Positions 36,941-47,220 of a stretch of 64,000 bases of DNA are shown here, one piece after another. A program made the translations under genes and the position numbers. The stretch comes from an uncultured Planctomycetota bacterium. GTDB lineage: Bacteria > Planctomycetota > Planctomycetia > Isosphaerales > Isosphaeraceae. The notes under the pieces were generated by a model. The model searched no databases. It saw nothing but the letters and a program-made list of their open reading frames with translations, and was not told the DNA's origin. The number at the start of each line of letters is the position of its first letter. The stretch's first letter is position 1. Location: positions 1,728,001 to 1,792,000 of the forward strand of contig CAVTTN010000002.1 in assembly GCA_963737655.1 (NCBI GenBank), in the 5' to 3' direction.

Positions 36941-38581
36941 GTGGACCGCGCCCTGATCTTGCTCCTGTGGCTCCGGTTCCGCGCCTGGTTCCGTCGGACG
37001 GTCCGGCGGATGGCCTCGGTCCAGGGGCTGATCCTGACGGCCCTGGGCCTCATGATCTTCGCCCCGTCCGCCTTCGCGCTGCTCTTCGATCGCTCCGCGC
37101 CCAACCCGGCCGGGCTGGCCGAGGGGACCCGGCGGTTCGGGCCGATGATCCTCTGCGCCTATTGCTTGCTGACGCTCCTGTTCTCGCCCGGAGACAAGGC
37201 GTTCGCCTTCAGCCCGGCGGAGATCAGCTTCCTGTTCCCCGCGCCGTTCAGCCGGAGGCAGCTCCTGGCCTACAAGGTCGGCGGCAACCTGTTCCTGGCG
37301 ATGCTGTCGTCGGTCTTCGTCGTCTTCGCGATGAGGAAGACCTCGCCGAACCTGTTCTGCCTGTACGTGGGGCTGGTCCTGGCGTTCTGGTTCCTGCAAC
37401 TCTTCGCGATCACCGTCACGCTCCTGGGCGCGGCGATCGGCGCGGCGGCCTCGACGTGGAGGAGGCGGATCGCCGTGGGCCTGATCCTCGGCCTCGTCGG
37501 CGCGGCGGCGGCCTCCGCCGGGCTGGAGGCGCTGAAGGGCCTGGACCTGGATACGATCAAGACGCTGGAGAACGCCCCGGCCGTCCGCGCGGCCCTCGCG
37601 CCGTTCCGGCCGTTCACCAACGCGATGACATCCCGAGGGGTCTGGCACGGCCTGCTCCGATGGGGCGGGATCGCCCTGGGGATCGACGCCTGCCTGTTCG
37701 TCCTGATCCTGGCGCTGGATGCCCGCTACCTCGAATCGGTCGCCGTCAGCAGCGAGCGGTTCTACGCCCGACTGGAACGGATGAAGAAGGGCGGCCCGGC
37801 GATCCGGGCGAGCAAGCCGAGGAAGAAGCCCTGGAAGAGCGTGCCCGACCTGCCGTGGTGGGGCGGAATCGGGCCGATCCTCTGGAAGCAGCTCCTCACG
37901 GCCCGTCGCGACATCTGGAAGATGCTGATCCCGACCCTGTCGTGCCTGTCGATCGCCGGGCTCGGCGTGTTCCTCGCGAACTACACGCCTGCGGGGCCCG
38001 ATGGAGGCGGGTTCGCCATCGGCTTCTCGATCGTCCTGCTGAGCTTTTCGCTCATGTTCAGCCCTCTCCTGAATTTCGACTTCCGAGGGGACTACGAACG
38101 GATGGAAGGGCTCAAGACGCTGCCGATCCCCGCGTCCCGGCTGGCCCTGGGGCAGGTCGCGGCGCCCACGGTCCTGGCGACGGTCCCCCAGGTGCTCTGC
38201 ATCGTCGTCCTGGGCGTCGGCGCCGGTCCGGTCCCGGCGTGGTTCTGGACGTTGCCGGCGTTCGCCCTCCTGGTCAATGCCCTGCTCATGGAGGTCGAGA
38301 ACGTGATGTTCCTCTGGTTCCCGACGAAGCCCCTGGCGGCCACTCCGGGGGACATCCAGGCGATGGGCCGGGCGATTTTGATGATGCTGGCCAAGACGCT
38401 GACCGTCGGCGTGACGGGCGGGCTGGCGGCCCTGCTCGGCCTCGCGGGCTACTTCGTCGGCGGCTGGATCGCGGCCCTGACGCTCGCCTGGCTCGTCCTG
38501 GTCGGGTTCCTCGTGGGCTTCGTCCCGCTGATGGCGGCGGCGTTCCGGGGGTTCGACGTGGCCAGCGACATCCAGGGATGA
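36941..38581 (+). CDS. Putative ABC exporter permease
   Basis: Many TM helices, EISFLFPAPFSRRQLLAYK; follows the ATPase. Confidence 0.85.
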   Translation: MDRALILLLWLRFRAWFRRTVRRMASVQGLILTALGLMIFAPSAFALLFDRSAPNPAGLAEGTRRFGPMILCAYCLLTLLFSPGDKAFAFSPAEISFLFPAPFSRRQLLAYKVGGNLFLAMLSSVFVVFAMRKTSPNLFCLYVGLVLAFWFLQLFAITVTLLGAAIGAAASTWRRRIAVGLILGLVGAAAASAGLEALKGLDLDTIKTLENAPAVRAALAPFRPFTNAMTSRGVWHGLLRWGGIALGIDACLFVLILALDARYLESVAVSSERFYARLERMKKGGPAIRASKPRKKPWKSVPDLPWWGGIGPILWKQLLTARRDIWKMLIPTLSCLSIAGLGVFLANYTPAGPDGGGFAIGFSIVLLSFSLMFSPLLNFDFRGDYERMEGLKTLPIPASRLALGQVAAPTVLATVPQVLCIVVLGVGAGPVPAWFWTLPAFALLVNALLMEVENVMFLWFPTKPLAATPGDIQAMGRAILMMLAKTLTVGVTGGLAALLGLAGYFVGGWIAALTLAWLVLVGFLVGFVPLMAAAFRGFDVASDIQG

Positions 38582-38584
38582 CGA

Positions 38585-38983
38585 TCAACGCTCGGCCTCG
38601 CCCCTGGGCGTCCGATTCCGCCACCACCGCAGCCCTCTTCGGCAGAACTCGGCCCCCGCTCCGAGGAAGAACGTGCCGAGCATCCCGGCCCCGGCGAGCT
38701 GCCCCGGCTGAATCACCTCGCCTTGCTGCATCGCCTGGAACCCGAAGAACGCCAGGGCGATCATCCCCAGGCCCACGAGGATCAAGACAGCGCCCATGGG
38801 CAACTGGGCCGCGAGCAGGGAATTCGGGGTCGGCGGCGTGTACCGGGTCCCGCAGTCCTTGCAAAGCCGGTCATAAACCAGAGCCAGTCCCGGCGGCGCG
38901 ACCTTCTTGAACCGGGCCGACCCGCACTTCGGGCAATATGGAGAGACGGGATATTGCCCCTCGGGGGCGACTTGCAGGCCCAT
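38585..38983 (-). CDS. Small zinc-ribbon membrane protein
   Basis: CPKC...CKDC followed by two TM helices. Confidence 0.6.
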   Translation of the reverse strand: MGLQVAPEGQYPVSPYCPKCGSARFKKVAPPGLALVYDRLCKDCGTRYTPPTPNSLLAAQLPMGAVLILVGLGMIALAFFGFQAMQQGEVIQPGQLAGAGMLGTFFLGAGAEFCRRGLRWWRNRTPRGEAER

Positions 38984-39234
38984 GCGTCGATCCCTCGATC
39001 GGCGGATGAGATGAGGTTGGGTCACGATGGCGGATGGGCCGCAACCGTCCGGGTTGATTCGGCGGACTCGATCATCTGCTCCGGCGTCAGAGGGATCTCC
39101 TTGCGATCCTTGGGCTTCTCCACCTCGCCGATCATGTCGCCGTTGAGGAAGTACTGAGCAGAGACAGATGGGACGATCAGGGTGCCGATCCCGAAGACGA
39201 ACAGCAACGGACGAAGCCCGATGACCCAGGTCAC

Positions 39235-39519
39235 TCACCCGCGCGATTGCCAGGAACGAGGATGGCGAGAACGGTGGACCACCGCGAGGATCAAGATCTC
39301 ACCGCCTTCGATTCGATAGTAGACGGCATACGGGAAATGGCGAGTCGGGACGTGGCGGAAATCGCGGAAGATGACGGCCGGCGCCTCGGGCATCCGCGAG
39401 ACCCGCGCCAAAGCGTCTTCCACGGCCCCGAGGAAGGTCTCACCGAGCCCGGGCTGCTGATCCTCGTACCAGGCCTTGGCCCGGGCAATGTCGGCCTCGG
39501 CCTCCGGGAGGATGATCAT
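39235..39519 (-). CDS. RelE/ParE-family toxin
   Basis: EAEADIARAKAWYEDQQPGLGETF...FPYAVYY...LAVVHRSRHP. Confidence 0.88.
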   Translation of the reverse strand: MIILPEAEADIARAKAWYEDQQPGLGETFLGAVEDALARVSRMPEAPAVIFRDFRHVPTRHFPYAVYYRIEGGEILILAVVHRSRHPRSWQSRG

Positions 39520-39752
39520 GGGTTGGGACCGGATGTCCCTCGCAGCCGGACCAGGGCCTCTTCCCAGGTCGATCCGGTATGAGGATTCGCTCGATAGGCC
39601 GCCAGGCGACGATCGAGCTCGTCCTTGAGATCCTGGGGGATCTCCGTCTCCATCGGCTCGTCGGCGAGGCTGATCCAGATCTCATCCAGGAGCTGGCACC
39701 TCTGTTCGAACGTCAGCAGGTCGATCCCAAGCGATTCCATCAGCGAGGACAT
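39516..39752 (-). CDS. Addiction-module antitoxin
   Basis: QLLDEIWISL...ELDRRLAAYRANP...TWEE; ATGA overlap with the toxin. Confidence 0.85.
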   Translation of the reverse strand: MSSLMESLGIDLLTFEQRCQLLDEIWISLADEPMETEIPQDLKDELDRRLAAYRANPHTGSTWEEALVRLRGTSGPNP

Positions 39753-39785
39753 GATTCGCATCCTCCGATCGGGGCGAGGCGATCC

Positions 39786-39823
39786 GGGGCCTCGGCATCC
39801 ATTGTAGCCGATGCCGAGGCCCC
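39786..39823 (-). promoter_or_regulatory. 14-bp inverted repeat enclosing TACAAT -10 upstream of TA operon (operator or terminator)
   Basis: GGGGCCTCGGCATC-cattgtagcc-GATGCCGAGGCCCC. Confidence 0.5.
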
Positions 39824-39843
39824 TTCCAGCCGGGCTCCTGGCC

Positions 39844-41079
39844 CTAGGGCCTCTTCACGAATTCATAGATGCGGCCGTCGAAGGCGAGGAGGAAGAGCTC
39901 GCCGTCGCGGTCCTCGCCGAAGGCGGCGATGTTCAGCGGGCGGTCTTTCGTCAGGTCGATCAGCTCGCCGTTGACCGTGGCCTTGCCGTCCTTCTCGCGG
40001 AGGCCCCAGACCCGGCCGCTCTGGAAGTCCCCGTAGACGTACACGCCCTCCAGCTCGGGCAGCGCCTTGCCTCGATAGACGTATCCGCCGGTGATGCTCT
40101 GGCCGGTGTCCTTCCGGCCGCCTTCCTGCCTGTCGCCGTGGGGGTACTCGGCGATCGGCGGCGAGAGGTCCGACGGCTTCACGCGGGCCTTCTGCTTCCT
40201 GGGGAACGGGTGGAAGCCTTCCTTCACGCTCCAGCCGTAATTGCCGCCGTTCTTGAGGACGTGGACGATCTCCCAGAGGTTCTGGCCGACGTCCCCGGCC
40301 CAGATCGTGCCGGTTTTCCTGTCGAAGGTGAACTTCCAGACGTTGCGGAGGCCGATGCAGAAGACTTCCGGGGCCCAGTCGGCGAATTTCTGAGGGTCGC
40401 GGAGCCGGGGGTTGTCCTTGGGGATTCCGTAAGGCTTGCCGTCCTCGGGATGATCGACGTCGATCCTCAGGATCGAGCCGAACCAGTCGCTCGGGTTCTG
40501 GCCGGAGAGCAACGGGTCGTCGGCCGCCCCGCTGTCCCCCAGGGAGATGTAGAGGAAGCCGTCGGGGCCGAACTCGATGCAGCCGCCGTTGTGGTTGGAG
40601 AAGGGGTCCTCGGCCGAGACCCAGATCCGCTTCTCGGTCTTCGGGTCGGCCTTCCTCGGGTCGGCCGAGTTCCTCTCGAACCGGGAGACGACCGACCGGC
40701 GCTTGCCGTCGCCGTCGTCGGCCGAGTAATAGAGGAAGAACTGGCCATTCTCGCGGTAATTCGGGTGGAAGGCCAGGCCGAGGAGCCCTTCCTCGTTGTC
40801 CTTGTGCATGCGGTCGGGGAGGGTCAGGAACTCGACCTTATCCTTCGTGTCCTTGACGTCGGGGAACGACCAGACCTTCCCCTGGTGCTGCTCGGCGACG
40901 AACAGCAGGTTCGAGCCATCCCGGGGATAGGCCATCGCCACGGGGCGATCGAACCGGAGGTTGGGGAAGGCCACTCGGGTGGTGAGTTGGGGCAAGCCGT
41001 CGTCGGCGGAGGCCGGGGCGATCGTCGCGGCCAGGGCGAGCGTGAGCGTGAGGGCGATTCGAGGGGCGAAGGGCGGCAT
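39844..41079 (-). CDS. PQQ-dependent sugar dehydrogenase family (GSDH)
   Basis: EEGLLGLAFHP, NHNGG...FGPDGFLY, GLRNVW, DVGQ, GGNYGW. Confidence 0.9.
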   Translation of the reverse strand: MPPFAPRIALTLTLALAATIAPASADDGLPQLTTRVAFPNLRFDRPVAMAYPRDGSNLLFVAEQHQGKVWSFPDVKDTKDKVEFLTLPDRMHKDNEEGLLGLAFHPNYRENGQFFLYYSADDGDGKRRSVVSRFERNSADPRKADPKTEKRIWVSAEDPFSNHNGGCIEFGPDGFLYISLGDSGAADDPLLSGQNPSDWFGSILRIDVDHPEDGKPYGIPKDNPRLRDPQKFADWAPEVFCIGLRNVWKFTFDRKTGTIWAGDVGQNLWEIVHVLKNGGNYGWSVKEGFHPFPRKQKARVKPSDLSPPIAEYPHGDRQEGGRKDTGQSITGGYVYRGKALPELEGVYVYGDFQSGRVWGLREKDGKATVNGELIDLTKDRPLNIAAFGEDRDGELFLLAFDGRIYEFVKRP

Positions 41080-41215
41080 TCCGGGCGTCTCCGGGGTCTG
41101 GGCCGGGTCATGGGCGGTCGCGGGCCAACCCAGTAGACCGGAAGCGGCCTTCGATCGTCAAATCCTCGCCAGAACCGGGAAACTTCGGGGTCCAGCCCCG
41201 GCCGGGGAAATGTCG

Positions 41216-41536
41216 ATGAGGGATCGCCGCCAACCCGCCTTGTCCTCTCGGGGAAGCCGGGGTAGCGTGCCGGACCGCCCCGGGTCCGTCCCGTCTTTCT
41301 GGAAGGAGATTCCCCCCCATGACGACCGCGATCCCGAACCGTCTGAGCCCGGCCCGAGCCGGGCCGAAATCGACCAGGCCGGAGTGGACCTGGAGTACCA
41401 CTCGCTGATGGGCGTCCTCGGAGGCGACGAGCCGACGCACGTCCGGTCGTTCGAGAGGTCCGTTTTCGCCCGGATCCTCCACCCCGCCAGGGCCACCGGC
41501 GGCGCGATGACCGCCGAGCATTCGCCCCGGCTGTGA
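41216..41536 (+). CDS. Hypothetical protein
   Basis: Short ORF filling the gap between gene ends; no family recognised. Confidence 0.35.
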   Translation: MRDRRQPALSSRGSRGSVPDRPGSVPSFWKEIPPHDDRDPEPSEPGPSRAEIDQAGVDLEYHSLMGVLGGDEPTHVRSFERSVFARILHPARATGGAMTAEHSPRL

Positions 41537-41574
41537 CCCGGTGGGACCTGGTGACTGGCCACCAGGTCCCGTCC

Positions 41575-43074
41575 TCACCCGCGATAGTGGGCCTTGACGG
41601 TCTCGACGGCCCGCCGCCACCGGGCGAGCTGCTGGCCTCTCCAGGATTCGTCGCGCCTCGGCTCGAACGAGACGCCCCCGGCCTCCAGGATTCCGGCGAC
41701 CTCGCCGATCGACGGCCAGAATCCCACGCCCAGACCGGCGAGGACGGCCGCGCCCAGGGCCGTGGATTCGCCCTGGGGGCTCCGTCTCAAGGGGCGGCCG
41801 AGCAGGTCGGCCTGGAACTGGAGGAACGGGTCGGAGCGGGCCATCCCTCCGTCGCATCGGAGCTCGCCCATCGGCTCGGGCGAGTCGGCGTCGATGGCGA
41901 CGATCAGGTCGGCGACCTGGAAGGCCACGCCTTCGAGAGTGGCCCTCGCCAGATCGGCCACCGAGGTGGCCCGGGTCAGGCCGAAGATCGTCCCCCGGGC
42001 CTCGGGCTCCCAGTGGGGGGCGCCGAGCCCGGTCAGCGAGGGGACGAACAGGACGCCGGAATCCGGGTCGGCCTTGTCGTACAGCAGGTCGATCTCCGGG
42101 GCGGCGCCGACGGCCTTCAACCCGTCGCGGAACCACTGGACGGCCGCCCCGGCGACGAACACGCTCCCCTCCAGAGCATATTGCGGAGGGCCCGACCCGA
42201 GCGAGGCCGCCACCGTGGCGACCAGCCCCCGGGACGACCTCACGGGCGACGATCCGGTGTGCGAGAGGAGGAACGCGCCGGTCCCATACGTACACTTGGC
42301 CCGGCCCGCCTCCCAGCATCCCTGGCCGACGAGCGAGGCTTGCTGGTCCCCGGCGACCCCGGCGATCGGCAGGCCGTCGGGGAGGTAGCCCAGTCCCTCG
42401 GTCCGGCCGATCTCCCCGCAGCTCGGGACGATTTCGGGCAATATTCCCTCCGGGACTCCGAAGAAGACGCAGAGGTCGTCGGCCCAGGAGAGCGTCTTGA
42501 GGTCCATCAAGAGGGTCCGGGAGGCGTTGGTGGCGTCGGTCGCGAACCTCCGGCCTCCGGTCAGGTGCCAGAGCATCAGGGAATCGACGGTGCCCGCCGC
42601 CAGATGGCCCGAGGCCGCGAGCGTGCCGGCCTCGGGGACGTTCTCCAGGAGCCAGGCGATCTTGGTGGCCGAGAAGTACGGGTCGAGGACCAGGCCGGTC
42701 CTCTCGGCGAGCCAGTCGCGGCGGTCGCGGTGGGCCTCGCAGAACCCGGCCGTCCGGCGGTCCTGCCAGACGATCGCCGGCCCGACGAATCGGCCGCTCG
42801 CACGGTCCCAGGCGACCGTGGTTTCCCTCTGGTTGGTCAATCCCACGGCCGCGATCCGGTCGGCCCCGATCCCCGAACTCCTCAGAGCGTCCTGAACCGT
42901 CAACCCCACCGAATCGACGAGCGTCTTCGGGTCGTGCTCGACCCACCCCGACCTCGGGAACGACGGCGGGACCTCGACTTGCCCCTGTCCGACGGGACGA
43001 AGCCGGCGGTCGTAGACGAGCGAGCGGGTGCTGGTCGTCCCCTGATCGATCGCCAGCAGATGATCGCGGGCCAT
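41575..43074 (-). CDS. glpK: Glycerol kinase
   Basis: AIDQGTTS, TNQRETT, WQDRRT, YFSATK, GDQQA, KCTYGTG, ALEGS. Confidence 0.95.
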   Translation of the reverse strand: MARDHLLAIDQGTTSTRSLVYDRRLRPVGQGQVEVPPSFPRSGWVEHDPKTLVDSVGLTVQDALRSSGIGADRIAAVGLTNQRETTVAWDRASGRFVGPAIVWQDRRTAGFCEAHRDRRDWLAERTGLVLDPYFSATKIAWLLENVPEAGTLAASGHLAAGTVDSLMLWHLTGGRRFATDATNASRTLLMDLKTLSWADDLCVFFGVPEGILPEIVPSCGEIGRTEGLGYLPDGLPIAGVAGDQQASLVGQGCWEAGRAKCTYGTGAFLLSHTGSSPVRSSRGLVATVAASLGSGPPQYALEGSVFVAGAAVQWFRDGLKAVGAAPEIDLLYDKADPDSGVLFVPSLTGLGAPHWEPEARGTIFGLTRATSVADLARATLEGVAFQVADLIVAIDADSPEPMGELRCDGGMARSDPFLQFQADLLGRPLRRSPQGESTALGAAVLAGLGVGFWPSIGEVAGILEAGGVSFEPRRDESWRGQQLARWRRAVETVKAHYRG

Positions 43075-43210
43075 CGGCGGGCCCTCCTCGGAGGTTGCGG
43101 ATCGTCGGAGACGGGACGGCCCGCATCGTAGCAGAGAGACCCGTGACAAACCCGTCCCGACCGATCAGAATCGAGCCGCATCGTCCCCCATTCCGAAGAA
43201 AGGACCCGTC

Positions 43211-43646
43211 ATGAGCGAGGACGTCCTGATCCCCCTGGCCGGGATGGCCATCCCGATCGTGATCGTGCCGACGGTCCTGGCCTTCCGGCAGGCGTCGAAG
43301 AAGCGAGAGCCTCGACCACGCCGAGAGGATGAGGGCCCTGGAGACCGGCCAGCCCCTGCCGAACCGGACGCTCTGGCCGGCGGCCCTGACGCTCACGGCC
43401 ATCGGCGCCGGCGTGCCGATCGCCGCGTTCTTCTTCACCCTGATCGCTACGCTGAACGGCTCGGTGCCGGGGGAGATCTGGATCGCCCCGGTCGTCACGA
43501 CGTTCTTCACGACCCTCCTGACCGGCTCGCTCGCCCCGAATCTCCTGGGATCGGCCAGGCCCGCCCCGGGGCCGGACTCGCTGGCCAACGACTCCAAGCC
43601 CAGCTTCGATCCGGACGCCTACGACGTGGTCGGGCGTCGCGGTTGA
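43211..43646 (+). CDS. Small membrane protein, DUF6249-like (extra C near 43312)
   Basis: TM, then KKRE/LDHAERMRALETGQPLP after the shift, then two TMs. Confidence 0.6.
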
Positions 43647-43674
43647 TCCTCCCTCGGATTCAAGGAGCGAAAGG

Positions 43675-44111
43675 ATGAGCGCGTTTCCCTGGGGCCTGAT
43701 GTGGGTCCTCCTGATCGTGTTCGGCTCCTGCGGCGTCTTCGTCGGCCCGCTCGTCTTCTTCGGGATGCGGCAGGAGCGCCGGAAGCACGAGCTGGAGCAC
43801 GCCGAGAAGATGAAGGCGATGGAGCTGGGGCTCCTTCCCGCCTCGCTGGAGTCCTTGAAGACGGAGGCGGGGCTGTCTCGGACCCTGGTGGCGCACGTCC
43901 CCCTGGGCGCCCTGGGGATCGTTCTGGCGCGAGCTGGCTCCTCGGCCCTCAGTCGTGGGCCTGGGTCGGGGCGGGACTCGTCGGCTGCACGAGCGTGGTT
44001 TGCGGGACGATCCTGGCCGTCCTACGCCCCCCGCCCGACCAGCGCCGACCCTCGGCCAGCAAGCCGCCGGAGCTCTCCGAGGCCCTCGACGCCGTCGCCC
44101 TCCGCAATTGA
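43675..44111 (+). CDS. Second DUF6249-like membrane protein (frameshift near 43925)
   Basis: TM, then RKHELEHAEKMKAMELG; paralogue of the upstream gene. Confidence 0.55.
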
Positions 44112-45398
44112 TCCGCGGAGCCGAGCCAGCCCCGACGCCGCCCAGACGCCCATCAACGGCTCGATGGGCACATGGAATCGGGCCGAGACGATCGTCAGCG
44201 AGTGGAACCCGGCGATCAATCCGGCGGTCAGGAGCGTCGGCCCGAGCCTCCTTCGAAGCGCGCTCGGCATGAGGAGGAGGCCGAGTCCGGCGAGGACCGT
44301 CAGCCCGAGGTGGCCGCCTCGATAGATCCGGCTCCGGGTCTTCGGGTTCGTCTCGTCGAACAGGACGAAGAAGCGGAGCCGGCGGAGGCAGAGCCGCGGA
44401 TACCGCCAGGGATCGGCCCGGAGGTCGGCCATCGCCCGGCGGAACAGGAATCGCGAGCGGGCCGGCTCGGTCATCCGGGCCATCCGGTCATAGTCGGCCC
44501 GGGTCAGGGCGATATCGTCGAGGTATCCGGCCTCGTGGCGGGCTTCCCACAGGGCCCGATTCTGCTCTCGGAGGCTCGTCCCTCCCGAGCTCAACGCCCG
44601 ATCGACCGACGGCCGGACGACCTTGTCCGTCCCCTCGCTCTGCCGGCAGTTCCCCTGCCAGAAGGCGTATCCGAACGTGCTCTTCACGAACACGATCTCG
44701 CCGTGGACCGCGTAATTTCGGGCGATCCAGGGGGAGACGCCCAGAATGGCCGTCAGGGCGATCCGAAAGGCCGTCCTTCGCCACGTCGGGAGTCTCCCCA
44801 GGGCCACGGCCCAGGCGATCCCCGGGGCCGCGAGGCCGAGGATCGGGTCGGTCAGGATCAGCAGGGCGAGGACTCCTCCGCAGAGCACGCCGTCGATCGC
44901 CCGGCCCGTTCGCCCGCTCCGAAACCCCAGGGCGAGCGACCAGACGAGCAAGGTCGAAGCCAGCGCCGCCACCTGAACATGGGTCGCCGAGTAGACGAGC
45001 GTCGGATGCAGGGCCGCCACCAGCCCCGCGACGATCGCCACGAGCTTCCGTCCCGGGGTCGCTTCCCGGGCCAAGGCCATCGCGCCGGCCGCCAGGATGC
45101 CTCCGAGGATCGCCTGGCCGACCTGGAGGACCAGGAGGGCCGTCGGCGAGCCGACCCCTCCGAGGGCATAGGCCCCGGCCACGACGAACGGATAGATCGG
45201 CGCTTGCTGGGAGGTCGGCCCGTCCGCCCCGAGGAACTGGACCGAGAACCCCCGGCCGGCGAGCAGGTTCTCGGCGATCTCGCCGTGCTCGAACGTGCTC
45301 CGGGGGACGTGGTGGCTCTGCAAGACGAGGATCGCCGCCACCCTCACCGCGATGGCCAGGACGACGACGGCCGCGGCGGGGCCTCGGGGAACATTCAT
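44022..45398 (-). CDS. GT39/ArnT-like glycosyltransferase
   Basis: EIAENLLAGRGF, PIYP, PWIARNY, ARFHVPIEP. Confidence 0.8.
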   Translation of the reverse strand: MNVPRGPAAAVVVLAIAVRVAAILVLQSHHVPRSTFEHGEIAENLLAGRGFSVQFLGADGPTSQQAPIYPFVVAGAYALGGVGSPTALLVLQVGQAILGGILAAGAMALAREATPGRKLVAIVAGLVAALHPTLVYSATHVQVAALASTLLVWSLALGFRSGRTGRAIDGVLCGGVLALLILTDPILGLAAPGIAWAVALGRLPTWRRTAFRIALTAILGVSPWIARNYAVHGEIVFVKSTFGYAFWQGNCRQSEGTDKVVRPSVDRALSSGGTSLREQNRALWEARHEAGYLDDIALTRADYDRMARMTEPARSRFLFRRAMADLRADPWRYPRLCLRRLRFFVLFDETNPKTRSRIYRGGHLGLTVLAGLGLLLMPSALRRRLGPTLLTAGLIAGFHSLTIVSARFHVPIEPLMGVWAASGLARLRGSIAEGDGVEGLGELRRLAGRGSALVGRGA

Positions 45399-45407
45399 GA
45401 GGGATTC

Positions 45408-46978
45408 CTACGGGCCGGTCCTTCGGCGACTCGCCGGATCGGCCGGGATTGTGGCGGCGGCCTCGCTCGGGGTCAATCCGACTTGGCTCGTTGCCCTGAC
45501 CCGATAGACCACCGCCGACCTCGGCCCGCCCGCCGAGTCTCCCCAGACGCGCTCCACCCGGTCGGGCGAGCGGGAGACGAACGCCGACAGCGGGCTCGGG
45601 GCGGCCCGGGCGTAGCGTTCCTCGTCGATCAGGAGGAACGCCACGCCGAAGCGTTCGATCAGCGACGAGATTTCGGCCGGAGAGGCGCCGTCGGGAGGGG
45701 CGATCGCGGCCCGTCCGGTCTGCCAGAACACCTCCCCGGGATGGCGGGTCAGGACCGGCCCGATCGAGTCGCGATCCTCGGCGATCCGGGCGCAGGCGGC
45801 ATCGAACGGAGCGTTCGCGAGCCGGGAGGTGTCGGCCCGATGGCCGAGGATCGCGTAGAGGGAATACGGGATCGCCCCGATCAGGACGAACCCGGCCGCG
45901 ATCCCTCGCGCCCTTCGTCGCCCGATTGGTGCCAGGATCGCCGCCAGCCCCTCGGCCAGTCCGGCGAGGAGGAACGGGATGATCGGGACGAGGAACCGGC
46001 CCGCCTCCGTGAACGGCCAGAGGAGCAGGAGGGCCAGGGTCGCCAGGGGGGCCATCGCGAGGAGGCGTTTTCGGGGCGTCCGAAGCATCCTGATCCATCC
46101 GACGGCGATCCCGCCCGACACGAGGCCGGCGAATGCCGTTGCCGGGATCGTCCAACCCGGTCGGAACACCGTCGCCACCTCCACGACCGGGCCGAGCCAC
46201 TGGTCGGGCATCCTCCGCAGATAAAACAGGGTGTTTTCGGCGATCGTGGCGAGGAGGCCGGACCTCGGGACCAGGCCGATCTGGGTCCGTTCCCGGACCG
46301 CCGCAAGCCAGACGACCCACGGCGAAACGACCAGCATCATCGACATCCCAGCAACCGCCGTCGCGGCGACCTTTCGCCTCAAAAGCAGGTCGCCCAGGAC
46401 CGCCGCCGCCATCGCCAACCCCGCGTGACGGGTCAAGATCGCCGATCCCAGGGCCATTCCGAGCGCGACCCCCCACGATTTCCGCCCGGATCGCGCGACC
46501 CGATCGGCCAGGAGGAGCGAGAGCGTCCCGAGAAGGAGAAACGGAGGCTCCGAACCGATCGCCGATCCGTCCCGTGCCCATCGCCAGTCGATCGCCAGGG
46601 CCAATCCGAGCAGGAAGGCCACTTCGGGCCGGAAGCGCACCCGAAAGAGGAGCCAGGAACCGATCGTGGCCGCGAGCGTACAGGCCATCGCCAGGAGATG
46701 CGCCGCCGGGCGCTCGGCCCGGTGATCCGCCAGGTCAGGGCCAGCCAGATCGGATATCCCGGAGGGAAGTGGGCGTGGAGGGGGGCGTTGGGATGGTCGA
46801 TCTCGCGATAGCCCCGGCCGTCCAGGAGCGACCGGGCGAGGACCGCGTATCCGGCGCCGTCGAATCGAGGAGGGGAGTCGAGCCGGGCGTTCGCCGCCAT
46901 CGCCAGGGTCGCGACGACCGCCAGGATCGCGGCCTGGACCGGCCCGGAGCGGATCGCGGGGAATCGGGCGGGTTTCAT
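45408..46978 (-). CDS. GT39-like membrane glycosyltransferase (frameshift near 46700)
   Basis: DGAGYAVLARSLLDGRGY...FPPGYP; continues SEPPF...RFLVPIIPF. Confidence 0.72.
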
Positions 46979-46999
46979 CGTTCGCTCCCGGCCGGTTCC

Positions 47000-47104
47000 G
47001 GATTCACCACGAAGCCACGAAGGGCACGGAGGCGGACACAAAGAAGATAACGGGCTTCTTCTTTGTGTCCGCCTCCGTGCCCTTCGTGGCTTCGTGGTGA
47101 ATCC
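47000..47104. repeat. 48-bp perfect inverted repeat with 9-nt loop (MITE/REP-like)
   Basis: GGATTCACCACGAAGCCACGAAGGGCACGG...AAGAAGA at 47000-47047; reverse complement at 47057-47104. Confidence 0.85.
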
Positions 47105-47220
47105 CGCGAGTATTTCGACGTGCACGCGGCCATCATAAGCCCTCGGGAGGGATCTTGCTCGGCCCTGGCCTCCGTCGTACCTTGCGAGGCATCGCCTCGC
47201 CCGACCTTCGAGAGGTTCGC

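Noticed and set aside
39022..39234. 70-aa ORF downstream of the RelE/ParE toxin
   Set aside because: Short, weak codon bias and no motif; possibly a remnant.
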